From the NCBI GenBank assembly GCA_051294375.1, contig CM119269.1, positions 7,160,778 to 7,224,777 of the forward strand: DNA of 64,000 nt, in the 5' to 3' direction. Position 1 is the stretch's first letter. Every line of letters starts with the position of its first letter. Below, piece after piece: positions 50,299 to 62,583 of this stretch. This stretch comes from Paraspadella gotoi (lineage: Eukaryota; Animalia; Chaetognatha). A model generated the notes under the pieces. That model made no database searches and was not told where the DNA came from. It saw nothing but the letters and a program-made list of their open reading frames with translations. A program made the position numbers and the translations under genes.

Positions 50299-51338
50299 GT
50301 CGGTCGGTCCGTCAATCTGTCAGTTAGTCTGTTAGTCCGTCCCACTAACTTTTTAAATGCTCATAATTTTTGTAATAATACTCCCTAGGTTGCTCTTTTA
50401 TTATTTTAGAACCTTGAATCTCGGCGACTGCTAGCTCTCCTCTTTGTTTTTAAAGGAAAAGTACAAAGAATAAAAAACAGAAATCTGATACATTACCTGT
50501 CCAACAATCACGAACGAAATATACGTGATAATAATAACACTGCGGTGCAACAGATTGGAATTACAGTTATTGTTTTTTTTACTTTCTTTCTTTTCTCCAT
50601 TTTTTCCTTCTTTCTTTCTTTCCATCCTTTCTAATTTATTTTCTCTCTTTCCATCCTTCTTTCTTTTATTTCNNNNNNNNNNNNNNNNNNNNNNNNNNNN
50701 NNNNNNNNNNNNNNNNNNNNNNNNNNNNNNNNNNNNNNNNNNNNNNNNNNNNNNNNNNNNNNNNNNNNNNNNNNNNNNNNNNNNNNNNNNNNNNNNNNNN
50801 NNNNNNNNNNNNNNNNNNNNNNNNNNNNNNNNNNNNNNNNNNNNNNNNNNNNNNNNNNNNNNNNNNNNNNNNNNNNNNNNNNNNNNNNNNNNNNNNNNNN
50901 NNNNNNNNNNNNNNNNNNNNNNNNNNNNNNNNNNNNNNNNNNNNNNNNNNNNNNNNNTTTGACTTTTCTTCTTCTTCCTGTTTTCTTTTTTTTTCTTCCC
51001 TCCATATCTCAAATATCTCAATTATCTCAGACGGAATTCCGTCTTCCCTTTTCCCTTTACTCTTCAATGATACGATGATGTGATATCATATGATCTCTTC
51101 TATGATAAAGCCTCGTTTCCATCCACCCCCTTTTTCTAGACTCTTCCTTTTTGCTCATCTTCTCCCAGAATCCCTCCTCCTCTTCCTCGTCCTCCTCCTC
51201 CTACTCCTCCTCCTCCTCCTCCGCCAGACACTATCGACCCATTAAAGACGTCGTCACGCCCCCTTTGGGTCACGTGACTCGCGACATCGAGAGACTGACC
51301 TCAATTCTTATCTTAGTTTCGCGTCTCATTTCCTTTCG

Positions 51339-51501
<163 letters not shown>

Positions 51502-51585
51502 CTCACTCTCCGTCGACCCGTCTCTACCAGTGGAGGCGAAGATTCGATGAGAATAACTCGAGAAAAGAAAGAGAGAAGCGACAAC

Positions 51586-51630
<45 letters not shown>

Positions 51631-52512
51631 CGTGAATGAGTGAATGAATGAATTATTGAATGTATGATTGAACGAAGGAATGAAAGAATTAATGAATGAA
51701 AGAATGAATGTATTCTTAAAATAATTATTCTTACAAATATAAAAGATTCATTTATTCAATTTTTCTTAAATTGCCATAACTGTTGGCTCGTTNNNNNNNN
51801 NNNNNNNNNNNNNNNNNNNNNNNNNNNNNNNNNNNNNNNNNNNNNNNNNNNNNNNNNNNNNNNNNNNNNNNNNNNNNNNNNNNNNNNNNNNNNNNNNNNN
51901 NNNNNNNNNNNNNNNNNNNNNNNNNNNNNNNNNNNNNNNNNNNNNNNNNNNNNNNNNNNNNNNNNNNNNNNNNNNNNNNNNNNNNNNNNNNNNNNNNNNN
52001 NNNNNNNNNNNNNNNNNNNNNNNNNNNNNNNNNNNNNNNNNNNNNNNNNNNNNNNNNNNNNNNNNNNNNNNNNNNNNNNNNNNNNNNNNNNNNNNNNNNN
52101 NNNNNNNNNNNNNNNNNNNNNNNNNNNNNNNNNNNNNNNNNNNNNNNNNNNNNNNNNNNNNNNNNNNNNNNNNNNNNNNNNNNNNNNNNNNNNCATATTT
52201 TTTTTTAAATTGTAATTAAAATGGGACAAAACAATATGGACATTTGGACATAAAGACAGTCAGAAAGAACAAGCAAACATTGTCCATCAAAGACTAAAAA
52301 AATGGAATTTTTCGAGATTAATTTTCAACTTTTTTCTTCCATTCTCTCCCCTCTCACCTCCTCCTCTTCCTCCTCTAATTTCATACGCCTGCTCCCCTCC
52401 TCCTCCGACACCTTCTGCCCCGCCTCAATTTTTTACTCTCCTCCTCCTCCCAAAAAAAAAGCATAAATGTTTCCAATTTATTTATGCAAATTTGTTTCCC
52501 CGCTGTTGTCAG

Positions 52513-52707
52513 GTTGTTTCGGCGGCGTTCCCTCCGTTTTCTTCGCAACCATTTTCCTCTCGACCGAAGAGAAGAGGAGAAAAGTTGGGAGTCGAACAAA
52601 TGATCAGTCGAGGGACGGAGGATGGAGAGAACGAGTCGAGACCTCTCTCGGCGGGAGAGAGAAACGAAGTCGGAGAAGGAGGAAAAAAACAAGGGAGCAT
52701 CGACGAG
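52513..52707 (+). CDS. Exon (65 codons, phase 0-0): VVSAAFPPFSSQPFSSRPKRRGEKLG...GSIDE
   Basis: Acceptor tgttgtcag, donor GAG|GTACGT, no stop, and phase matches the next exon. Contains RPKR (furin-like site). Confidence 0.65.
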
Positions 52708-52863
52708 GTACGTAAATATGATACATGTGTTAAAAATAGTTTCGTCGTAGATACGTACGTAGAAACAGATCACTTTAGTGTATTGAAATAGACTAATAGA
52801 ATAATTTATATAATAAAATACATATTCTAGAATAAATACAGATTTTCTTCATGAATTTCTCAG

Positions 52864-53259
52864 ACGATGGAGGAAACATTGGAAAATTCCACGTTGGAGA
52901 CGAATTTTTTCGGAAAAAATGAATCTTCGGGAACTTGGAACGTCTCGACGGTTGACTATGAAGATGCCAATCATTTCTCAAACAACAACAACAACGACAA
53001 AAACGACGACGACGATGACCACGGTCCCATTTCCGTCGAATTTCAAATCGTCCCGTCGACCTTCGCTCGTACCACGACGACGTTAGCGCCGACGACGACG
53101 TCCACGACATCTACGACGACGACGACCAAAGCTACAACAACAACAACAGCAATGACGACGACGACCAAAGCTTCGAAACCAACGCGTTCGTCGAGAAAAA
53201 AAAAGAAAAATAATAAAAAGAAGAAACAATCATTTTCGAATCCTTTACTTTTCGGACAA
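52864..53259 (+). CDS. Exon (132 codons, phase 0-0): N-glycosylation sequons, Asn/Asp run, Thr-rich mucin-like tract, Lys-rich patch, ending NPLLFGQ
   Basis: Acceptor tttctcag, donor CAA|GTGAGT, open frame (ORF 52867). Confidence 0.7.
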
Positions 53260-54310
53260 GTGAGTCTACCCCGTGTCCGTTCGAGAGTGACACAAAAAAA
53301 AATAAATCTTTACTATACTTTTAATGTAAAATAAAAAGTATTCGTGAGTAAATCATTTGTTAGAGAACTGGTAGAAGTTTCATATCATGATTTATTTATT
53401 TACTATTCTAAGTTGAATTTTTTTATAACATAGTAAAATGATTGAAAAAAGGACATTTTAAGCATGTTTTTGATTACAAAGAAAAAACATTTTACATAAG
53501 AAATCGCTTATAATTAGTCTAGCTCATGGCGTATCTGAATTCTCGTAAGATTCGGTAATTTTTGAGTAATGATTTTTTAATTATTTTTTTAATTTATAAA
53601 TGTTAAATTTTTTTGTACAGTTAGTCCAATTAAAAAAAATGCTCTCTCTATTGACAGTCGCGAATATTTGTTTTATACCGCAAAAATTTCCAGTTAATGC
53701 TTTATTTATTGGTGTATCCGAATTACCAATACTTATTTAATGAGTACTTAATTTAAAATATTTTTAATACAGTTTTTTTATTGAAAATGAATTTGGATGA
53801 TCGTTATAAAATGGTGTCTTTATATAAGAAAATATTAAATAAATTTTATGAAATCATGGCATAACAAACGTCCAGTACTTTGTTACGAGATAGAAGAAAA
53901 AAAAATTCAAATTTTCTACGAATAAGAAATGGTAAACATTTTTTTTTGTGTCACTCGCAAACGGACACGAGATATTCATTCCCTAAAAAACTAATTTATT
54001 TATTTTTCCGTATATTTATCCTTTTTTTTTAAATTCTTTTTTATATTTCGTATTTTCTTTCTATTTTCTTTCTTTTTGTCTTTTTTGCGGTGGCCTTATG
54101 TTTAGCGATTGAGCCCCAGATTCTCCCCTTCGCCCTCTAGCGTATGTCATACGTCTATTGTTTACAAAACTTTTGTCAAAAGTCTAAAATGAATAGTGGC
54201 GCTTGAATATTATTAAAATTAATAAAGTCAGTTTATTATTAACCAAAACCATTAAAAAAAATTAAGTTTTTCGAATTTATTTAATTAATTCGATTTAATT
54301 AAAATCCCAG

Positions 54311-54506
54311 GTGCTGCGGTTTTCCGAGTCGGACTTCCTGCCCGATCGTCTGCCCGTGGTCATCCATCGTTTCACGTTGATGGCGGGCGCCCGATTAGGG
54401 AACAACGACGACGACGACGACGACGAAGCCTTACCCAAAATAACTTTCCATTTGGTCAACGAGGATGAGATCGGCAGCTTTCCCATCTACGTCAACTCCA
54501 CATCGG
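54311..54506 (+). CDS. Exon encoding part of a divergent cadherin repeat: VLRFSESDFLPDRLPVVIHRFTL...DDDDDDEALPKITFHLVNEDEIGSFPIYVNSTS(G)
   Basis: Acceptor cccag, donor TCGG|GTGAGT, and a phase 0 start that matches the previous exon. ITFHLV...F.I.VNSTSG fits the cadherin pattern IxYxI...FxIxxxTG. Confidence 0.7.
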
Positions 54507-54696
54507 GTGAGTTTCGATTATTCGCTTCCGGGGACCTAATGGCCTCTTGAATGGTGAGACCCCACACTGTGCCAGACTTGACCGGGAATCGACTCTGGTC
54601 CAAATGACCCAACGACTGTGAGGGAACTCGTAAAAAAAAAGAGGTGAAGAGAAACAAATTGTGAAAAGGTTGAGGAATAACGAGGAAAGAGAGGAG

Positions 54697-54798
<102 letters not shown>

Positions 54799-55166
54799 GT
54801 TTGCATGAAGTCAAATTTTAAAAACTTCTTTTTTCAAATTTTAAGTTTCGGTCACAAATTACAAAATGTTATCTCTGTTAAACTTCCGTTGACGTTCACT
54901 ACACTACACGTGCAAGAAGTTTTTGATCGACGGGAATTAATTCGTACAAAAGTAAAATACCGAATGTCTATTTGTATCCATCTCGATTTTTACTCTTGAT
55001 AATTGACCGCGTTTTATTCCTGGGTTTCAAAACTTCGTTAATTTGGTTTCATCTCTCTCGCCGTCATTTTCGTCCAACCAATCAAGCTTTGCACCTGAAC
55101 CTACTAATCAACCAAGTGTGGCGAACCCTAAATTCGCCTCCCGTATAGCTTGGTGAAACTCTGCTC

Positions 55167-55406
55167 GTCCCATTGGCTTAGACGGCTAAGTACTCGTTCA
55201 CCAACCGTGAGTTCCAGGTTCAATCCCCTCGCGGTCACGCTGGTTAAAGTGTGATGGTGTCGGCATAAACACGCCGGTGACTTGGGGTGGCCGCTGCCGG
55301 TGTCGGGCTATGCCTCACACCCCGGGCATCACACATGTCTCCCCGTTAACATACGAGCTTTCTTTATACCCGTCACGATGCTTTTCTTATCACACGGAAG
55401 AAGAAG
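55167..55406 (+). mobile_element. tRNA-derived SINE (~240 bp), intronic
   Basis: Pol III A-box TGGCTTAGACGG (55174-55185) and B-box GGTTCAATCCC (55217-55227) at tRNA spacing, then an unrelated GC-rich body and a (GAA)n tail. Confidence 0.65.
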
Positions 55407-55802
55407 TTCACCGTTGCCAGAAAAACTGAGAGGAAACTACGAGGATTTCGAAACACCGAAAAACTGAGCTCTAACAGAAAACAATACTACCTAATGCGCC
55501 ATTGAATAGCTCACTACAACCTTAGAAACAACAAGACTTTCAAAGAATTAAATGTTTAATATTTACTTCTCAGCCGATTTAATGCTACAATTAATCAATA
55601 AATAACTGAAACGTTCACTAGAAAAATTGGTACAAACATTTGGTAATAAAAAAAGTAACGATCGTGGAAAAAAACACCGAAAGGAGAGAGAGAGAGAGAG
55701 AGAGAATGCAGAAACGAAGATGTGAGAGGAAAGAAAATTTGGCCTCACGGTCGACGGGTTTCCGGTCACGGATCCATGACTCCTTCTTCTTCCTTTTCCT
55801 CC

Positions 55803-55887
<85 letters not shown>

Positions 55888-56976
55888 TCTTTTCCTTCAT
55901 TTTTATCCTTATTTTCCCCTTTTCCTTTCTTTAATTTCACTTTGAATACCTTCCTTTCATCTTCTTCCTTTTCTTTTTTATTTCAGTCTTCTGTCCTCTT
56001 TCTCTTTTACCATTTCTTTTTTCTCTTTCTTTTCTTTCTTCCTACTTTGTCTCAATTTTTTTCCTTTTCCTTCCTTTCTTTATCTCCCTTCCTCCTTTTA
56101 CTCCTCCATTTTCCTTTACTTTTCTTTTTTCCTTTTTTTTTTACATTTTTTCACTAAATTTTCATTTTGTCTTCTTCGTTATAATTCGACATCCACGGAC
56201 ATAAACTCTTGTTCATTTTTAATTATTGTGGTTCAACATCCTTGAGTTCGTTGTCGTCAGCAGAGTCGATGTTAGAAATTTGAATCGTAGTTGTTGTTGT
56301 AGTAGTGGGCGTCGTTGTTGTCGTCGTTGTCGTCGTCACTCGACTCCCGCAATTTGCTTGTAGTCAAACGTCTCGGTCAGATTGGCAGACTAGGGTTTCT
56401 CGAACTCTTCACCATCTTTAATGATTGGCAGGTTGATTGTCCGGCCGATGGTTGTGCAAATTGCGAATATTGCGAAAAAAAAAAACATTCAAGGTGACCA
56501 TCAGAAAGAATAAAATTAATTAAAAAACTAATCTTATTTAAGTAATTTAAAAAAATCGTTAGTGGACTTTATTGATTTAAAATTACGACGCATGCGACTT
56601 TCTTTTGTATCAAACATCTATGCAAACAATCCTAAACTAAAATTATAGTCCATGCTTAACTTCGACGTATGTTTCCCAGAGTAGAAAGCTAAAAAAAAAC
56701 CGTTTGCGCGCCTTCCGGACCAAAAGGGTGAAGTCGTGGGGTGTTAAATTGGGGGCGTGGGGTGGGTGGTCGTGGTGAGGGGTGGTGAGGGTCGGTGAGG
56801 CGGTGAGGTCGTTTTCGGAGAAGGGGGAAAGCGATTGGTTTCGGTTTTTGCCGAAAAACAAATTCGTTCCTAAGATCTCATTTTTGGTCTGTTGAGTCCA
56901 ACCAAAGTCATTTTACGGCTGTTGCTATCCATCACTGAGGTTTTTTTTGTGGTGTGTGTGTCCCCCCTTTCTCTGG

Positions 56977-57094
<118 letters not shown>

Positions 57095-57421
57095 TTGCGT
57101 GATCTCGCCGTCTGACACAAACGTTTTTCCTCTTCTCCGGACCTGGACCGGCTTATTCTTTTCTTTTTTTATTTCTTTTTTTTTTTCGAAAAAATTTGAG
57201 TTTTGACGACGAACTTTTCCTCACTATACATCTTACAATTTGATACGTATTTTCTATTTTTTATACCATTTTCAAAAATACATAATTGATGTTTTGAATA
57301 AAGCTAAATAATCTGATGACCTATTTCCATATCCTTCTGAGATGTAAGCTACCGACGAATGTCAACTCGCGATGATGATGATGATGATGATGATGATTGA
57401 TGATGATGAGATGATGATGAT

Positions 57422-57452
<31 letters not shown>

Positions 57453-57474
57453 TGTGTAAATGTTCACTATTTAG

Positions 57475-57822
57475 AATAACGTGAAAGACGACGACGACGA
57501 CGACGACGACTCTCTAGTGAGGACAACGACGTTGGTTGAAGATTCAATGAATTGATGACGACGACAACGACAACGACAACGACACGACGACGACGACCAG
57601 AACACGACAAGACGAGACGACGACACGACAAGACGACGAAGACGGAGCTGATGGGAGATTCGACGATGATGAGAAAAACGCGATGTCCTGGCGAAGGAGA
57701 AACCAAGCGGAAAGACGACATCTGGCGTCGGAGAAGAAAATCGATGCCGAGGGAAATAAAAAAAAAAAAGGGCAACTGGAACAGTTTTTTTTTTTATGTA
57801 GCGAAATATAATAATAAGATCG
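57475..57822 (+). CDS. Noisy candidate exon: Asp-rich tract, then cadherin-like HLASEKKIDAE...QLEQFFFYVA
   Basis: Acceptor ctatttag and donor ATCG|GTTCGT. The motif resembles LxTxxxLDxE...YxFxVxA. Indels are needed in the GAC tract and the poly-T. Confidence 0.35.
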
Positions 57823-58079
57823 GTTCGTCCAATGTGTTGCTCCGCTGTGACTTTCTTAGCCCGTGCATGTCATAAATACAACGGGCGAGAAAAGTTTTTT
57901 AGTCACGTCATGTCATGTCATATCATGTGATCAAAGGGAAATACACGTGAAAATAAGTACTGCGGCGCAACACATTGGAATTACCGTTCTTTTTTTTTTT
58001 CAATAATTAGGAAGAAAAGTCGGGCAATATTTGAAGGCTCTTTAATTATTTCGTTTCGTTGGGTTTTGAAAGTTGTGTT

Positions 58080-58276
58080 ACAAAGTAAAGATATTTTATT
58101 GAGATATAACAACGATTACTATTTAAAATCTCTCTCTCCCTTTCTTACAAAGTCAATTTCAATATTATTTCAAAAATTGTAAAAAACTCTTTTGCGCTGT
58201 TCGTATTAAGAACCGAAACATGTCCGATTTTAAATAATAATCCTTGTTATATCTCAATAAAATCTCTTTACTTTGT
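58080..58276. mobile_element. MITE-like element with ~51-bp terminal inverted repeats
   Basis: acaaagtaaagatattttattgagatataacaacgattactatttaaaatc (58080-58130) is the reverse complement of 58226-58276 with 3 mismatches. TA lies at or next to both ends. Confidence 0.75.
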
Positions 58277-58486
58277 TATATTATTACATTATTATTCTTT
58301 TATATTTTATATATTATATTTTATATTTTATTGTCTTCAAATTTGTTGTTGTGTTTACCATTAATTTTTATCCCATTTGTTCAACAACTATCATAATCTT
58401 TTGCTTTTATCTTAAGTTCTTTTCTTTTCTTTTCCACATTCCTCTTTCCTCTTTGGTCATTCTCCCGCTTTTTAATACCTCCGCAG

Positions 58487-58735
58487 AATTATGGTTCCCC
58501 GCTTCGCCGCTTCCTTTCCCTTCGCCATCTTCTTAATAACAGTTTTCCCTCTTTTTTTGCTCTTTTGCTCTTTTTTTTTTGAAAGCTAAACCATCTAAGG
58601 TTCCCACCTCTGCCCGGAAAACTGTTCCCTTTTTCGCCGTCGTGTTTATGGGCAGCTTTCTCTTCCCCCTTCTACCCTCCTACTTTTAATGGTAATATGA
58701 TCTCAGCGTTACCCGGCCTTGTTTCGTTTAAGAGT
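58487..58735 (+). CDS. Noisy candidate exon: signal peptide + LRRNT + first leucine-rich repeat
   Basis: Acceptor ccgcag, ATG at 58491: MVPRFAASFPFAIFLITVFPLFLLFCSFFF..GSHLCPENCSLFRRRVY...LPPSTLLLL, then NGNMISALP in the adjacent frame. Two in-frame TAA stops are present. Confidence 0.35.
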
Positions 58736-58779
58736 TATTTATTTTAGTTAACACTTTACTTTACTTATTCCCATTATTA

Positions 58780-59007
58780 TTTTCATACAATTTAAACATT
58801 CTTTGAAATATTATACCACCTCATCGATTGGGAAGCCAGGTACTCTGGGAGTGAATGAACGAGACTATGAGAGAGTCTTGAATGAAAGCTTGCAGTGAAG
58901 TGCTATGTCATTATCTTGTAAGAGTGATGGAGGCCTGTCCAAAGTCAGGGGCAAGATAGCTTATTTATTAAATGAAAGAATAATTTTTATATTGGTTGTA
59001 CCAATTT
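58780..59007 (+). mobile_element. Copy of the ~270-bp dispersed repeat
   Basis: Near-identical to 5325-5545 with a short internal deletion. Confidence 0.8.
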
Positions 59008-59648
59008 TATATGATAATTGAAAATACGTAGCCTCTTTGCATTTAATTATATTTATAACTATAAATGGCGATATCGCCATGGCAAATTCGCCGACCAACT
59101 AGAATCTAATTTCTATACGCAACGAAAAGATAAGTCCGAAATAATTCTCCTGCTCAATAGTTAACTGATAATTTTCACTATAAGTCGGTTTTCAAAAGAC
59201 GTAGATTTGATACCTTTTATTGTGATTACACTTTTATCCTATAGACCTTAAATGTTAACCCGCATTTTGCTTTCTTTTTTTAAGTTTAAACATTTAAAAA
59301 ATTGTTATGAAGCCCGCAAAAACAATCCTTACCCGCGTCATCAGAGAGAGAAAAGGTGATAAGTTAAATAGCAACATTTGTACCAACGCGACTAACACAA
59401 CATGAGTCGGGGAGGACAGAGAGAGAGCAGAGTAAAGAGAAAGATACGCAGGAAATCGACGAGAAATGAGAGTCACCAGAAGATGAAGGAAGATAGACAG
59501 GAGCTAGGAGAGGCCAGTGAAAGAGAGTTGAAGGGAGGACAGAGGAGAGAACGAGAGAGAGAGAAGTGAGAGAAGTGAGGAGAGAGAGAGAAGGGAGAGA
59601 AGACAGGGAGAGAGACGAGAGACGAGAGAAGAGAGAGAAGAGAAAGAA

Positions 59649-59700
<52 letters not shown>

Positions 59701-60006
59701 GAGCAGAGGTGAGAGAGAGAGAGTGAGAGTGAGAGAGAGAGTGAGAGAGAGAGAAGAGCGAGGAGAGAGAGAGAAGAGAGAAAGGAGAGAGACGAGAGTG
59801 AGGACCAGAGAGAACAAACCACTGCGCCAAAAAACCAGAAAAAAGCCGGCGAGCAAAACAACTCTAACATACAACAGAGGAACAATACGAAAAAAAAAGA
59901 AAAAAAAACAAGAATCGAAGGAATTTTGACCGCGCAAACTGATTTGTTTAACCAGGTTCTAAGATGGAAAACAGATAAAAACCGTAACGAGACGAAGAGA
60001 GAAGAG

Positions 60007-60054
<48 letters not shown>

Positions 60055-60422
60055 AGAGAGAGAGAGAGAGAGAGATTCTGGCATAAAAGTCCACCAATGG
60101 AGAAAATACAGGCGAGCGAAGGTTCAGAGGGAAAGGAGGAAACCCACGGTCGCTTAGAGGAGGAATGTTATAACTTTTTTACATTCTCGGTATNNNNNNN
60201 NNNNNNNNNNNNNNNNNNNNNNNNNNNNNNNNNNNNNNNNNNNNNNNNNNNNNNNNNNNNNNNNNNNNNNNNNNNNNNNNNNNNNNNNNNNNNNNNNNNN
60301 NNNNNNNNNNNNNNNNNNNNNNNNNNNNNNNNNNNNNNNNNNNNNNNNNNNNNNNNNNNNNNNNNNNNNNNNNNNNNNNNNNNNNNNNNNNNNNNNNNNN
60401 NNNNNNNNNNNNNNNNNNNNNN

Positions 60423-60456
<34 letters not shown>

Positions 60457-60612
60457 GAAAATGAGACAGAGCCGTCGCAACATATAGAGAGGGTTATCAA
60501 GTGTCACTGGGATTTTTCGGTTATGGACCATAAAGTGTGGAAAAGGGCGCGAGAATGATATTGAAAAGAAAATTGCGTTTCACCATAATTTTTTTTTCTC
60601 TCGAAACTCGAG

Positions 60613-61290
60613 ATGTCGTCGTCGCTGATGTCGTCGCTGACGTCGTCGTTATCGTCGTCGTTATCATCTTCATCGTCGGCATCCTCTTTGGCATTGTCAT
60701 CGTTGTCTTCGTTGTCGTCGTCGTCTTTGGCATCATCGTCGTTNNNNNNNNNNNNNNNNNNNNNNNNNNNNNNNNNNNNNNNNNNNNNNNNNNNNNNNNN
60801 NNNNNNNNNNNNNNNNNNNNNNNNNNNNNNNNNNNNNNNNNNNNNNNNNNNNNNNNNNNNNNNNNNNNNNNNNNNNNNNNNNNNNNNNNNNNNNNNNNNN
60901 NNNNNNNNNNNNNNNNNNNNNNNNNNNNNNNNNNNNNNNNNNNNNNNNNNNNNNNNNNNNNNNNNNNNNNNNNNNNNNNNNNNNNNNNNNNNTCATCGTC
61001 GTCGTCTTTGGCATCGTCGTCTTTGATATCGTCGTCCTTGTCGTCGTCATTGCCATATTCGTCTTCGGCATCGTCTTCGGCATCGTCTTCGGCATCGTCG
61101 GTGTCACTGACGTTGTTGTCCCACGGTGGCGTTGCCGTTGTTGGCTTCTTTGTCATCGTCATCATCTTCTTAAGCGCTGTTGGCAGCGTCAATGGCGTTT
61201 TCGTCATGGTCGGCATCTTCATTGTCATCGTCATCATCGTCGTCATCGTCGTCATCTTCCCCTTTCCCGTCGTCGTCTTCATCGTCGTCG
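60613..61290. repeat. Degenerate (GTC/ATC)n trinucleotide array with higher-order tctt(t/c)ggcatc units
   Basis: Direct reading. The minus-strand Asp-rich frame is broken by a stop and a frameshift. Confidence 0.8.
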
Positions 61291-62551
61291 CCCTCTCTCC
61301 TTTTCCATTATTGAGATTCCTCGTCTCCATTATAGGGCGACCTCACCCGAGCCTCACCCAAGATTCACCTAAAATCTGCATCGATCGACGTCTTAAAAAT
61401 ATTTTATTCCTTTCGAGTCTTAGATTCAGCGCTGGAGTCCAAGATTCAGATCTCATCCTCAATTGAGCGCTCTTCTTCGATTCAGCGCCGGCGATTCAGA
61501 CGCGGCAACTGGAAGAAAATAATGAAACGTTTTTCGATCGATATGTTCGCCGGTTGATCTGTCTGTCTGTTGGTCTGTCTGTATGTTAGTCAATCTAACA
61601 ATCTGNNNNNNNNNNNNNNNNNNNNNNNNNNNNNNNNNNNNNNNNNNNNNNNNNNNNNNNNNNNNNNNNNNNNNNNNNNNNNNNNNNNNNNNNNNNNNNN
61701 NNNNNNNNNNNNNNNNNNNNNNNNNNNNNNNNNNNNNNNNNNNNNNNNNNNNNNNNNNNNNNNNNNNNNNNNNNNNNNNNNNNNNNNNNNNNNNNNNNNN
61801 NNNNNNNNNNNNNNNNNNNNNNNNNNNNNNNNNNNNNNNNNNNNNNNNNNNNNNNNNNNNNNNNNNNNNNNNNNNNNNNNNNNNNNNNNNNNNNNNNNNN
61901 NNNNNNNNNNNNNNNNNNNNNNNNNNNNNNNNNNNNNNNNNNNNNNNNNNNNNNNNNNNNNNNNNNNNNNNNNNNNNNNNNNNNNNNNNNNNNNNNNNNN
62001 NNNNNNNNNNNNNNNNNNNNNNNNNNNNNNNNNNNNNNNNNNNNNNNNNNNNNNNACGACGACGACGACGACGACGACGGAGAAAGAATTGAAACTAATT
62101 ATTGACTCGAATCTCTCGACGTCTCGAGCACGAGAAGGAAAGAAAGAAAGAAAGAAAGAAAGAANNNNNNNNNNNNNNNNNNNNNNNNNNNNNNNNNNNN
62201 NNNNNNNNNNNNNNNNNNNNNNNNNNNNNNNNNNNNNNNNNNNNNNNNNNNNNNNNNNNNNNNNNNNNNNNNNNNNNNNNNNNNNNNNNNNNNNNNNNNN
62301 NNNNNNNNNNNNNNNNNNNNNNNNNNNNNNNNNNNNNNNNNNNNNNNNNNNNNNNNNNNNNAAAGAAAGATGAAAAGAAAGATAAAAAGAAAGACAAACA
62401 AAAAAGGAACAAATTAAAAAACGCACTTGATTAAAAATATTGTGAAGTGTGGATTCAAGAATGTGAATTTAAAAAAAGCTGTGATGCGATGATGTGATTA
62501 GACGCGACGAGTCCAGGGACCGTGAGAAATTCTCTGGAAACCTTTTTTCTT

Positions 62552-62583
<32 letters not shown>

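Noticed and set aside
54846-54999. TLHVQEVFDRRE as the next cadherin exon
   Set aside because: The acceptor phase does not match the 54506 donor, no good donor follows, and the duplicate copy disagrees.
60521-61330. Asp-rich acidic (biomineral-type) protein on the minus strand
   Set aside because: The Asp frame has a stop and a frameshift, there is no signal peptide, and similar GAC/GAT tracts are common in this window.
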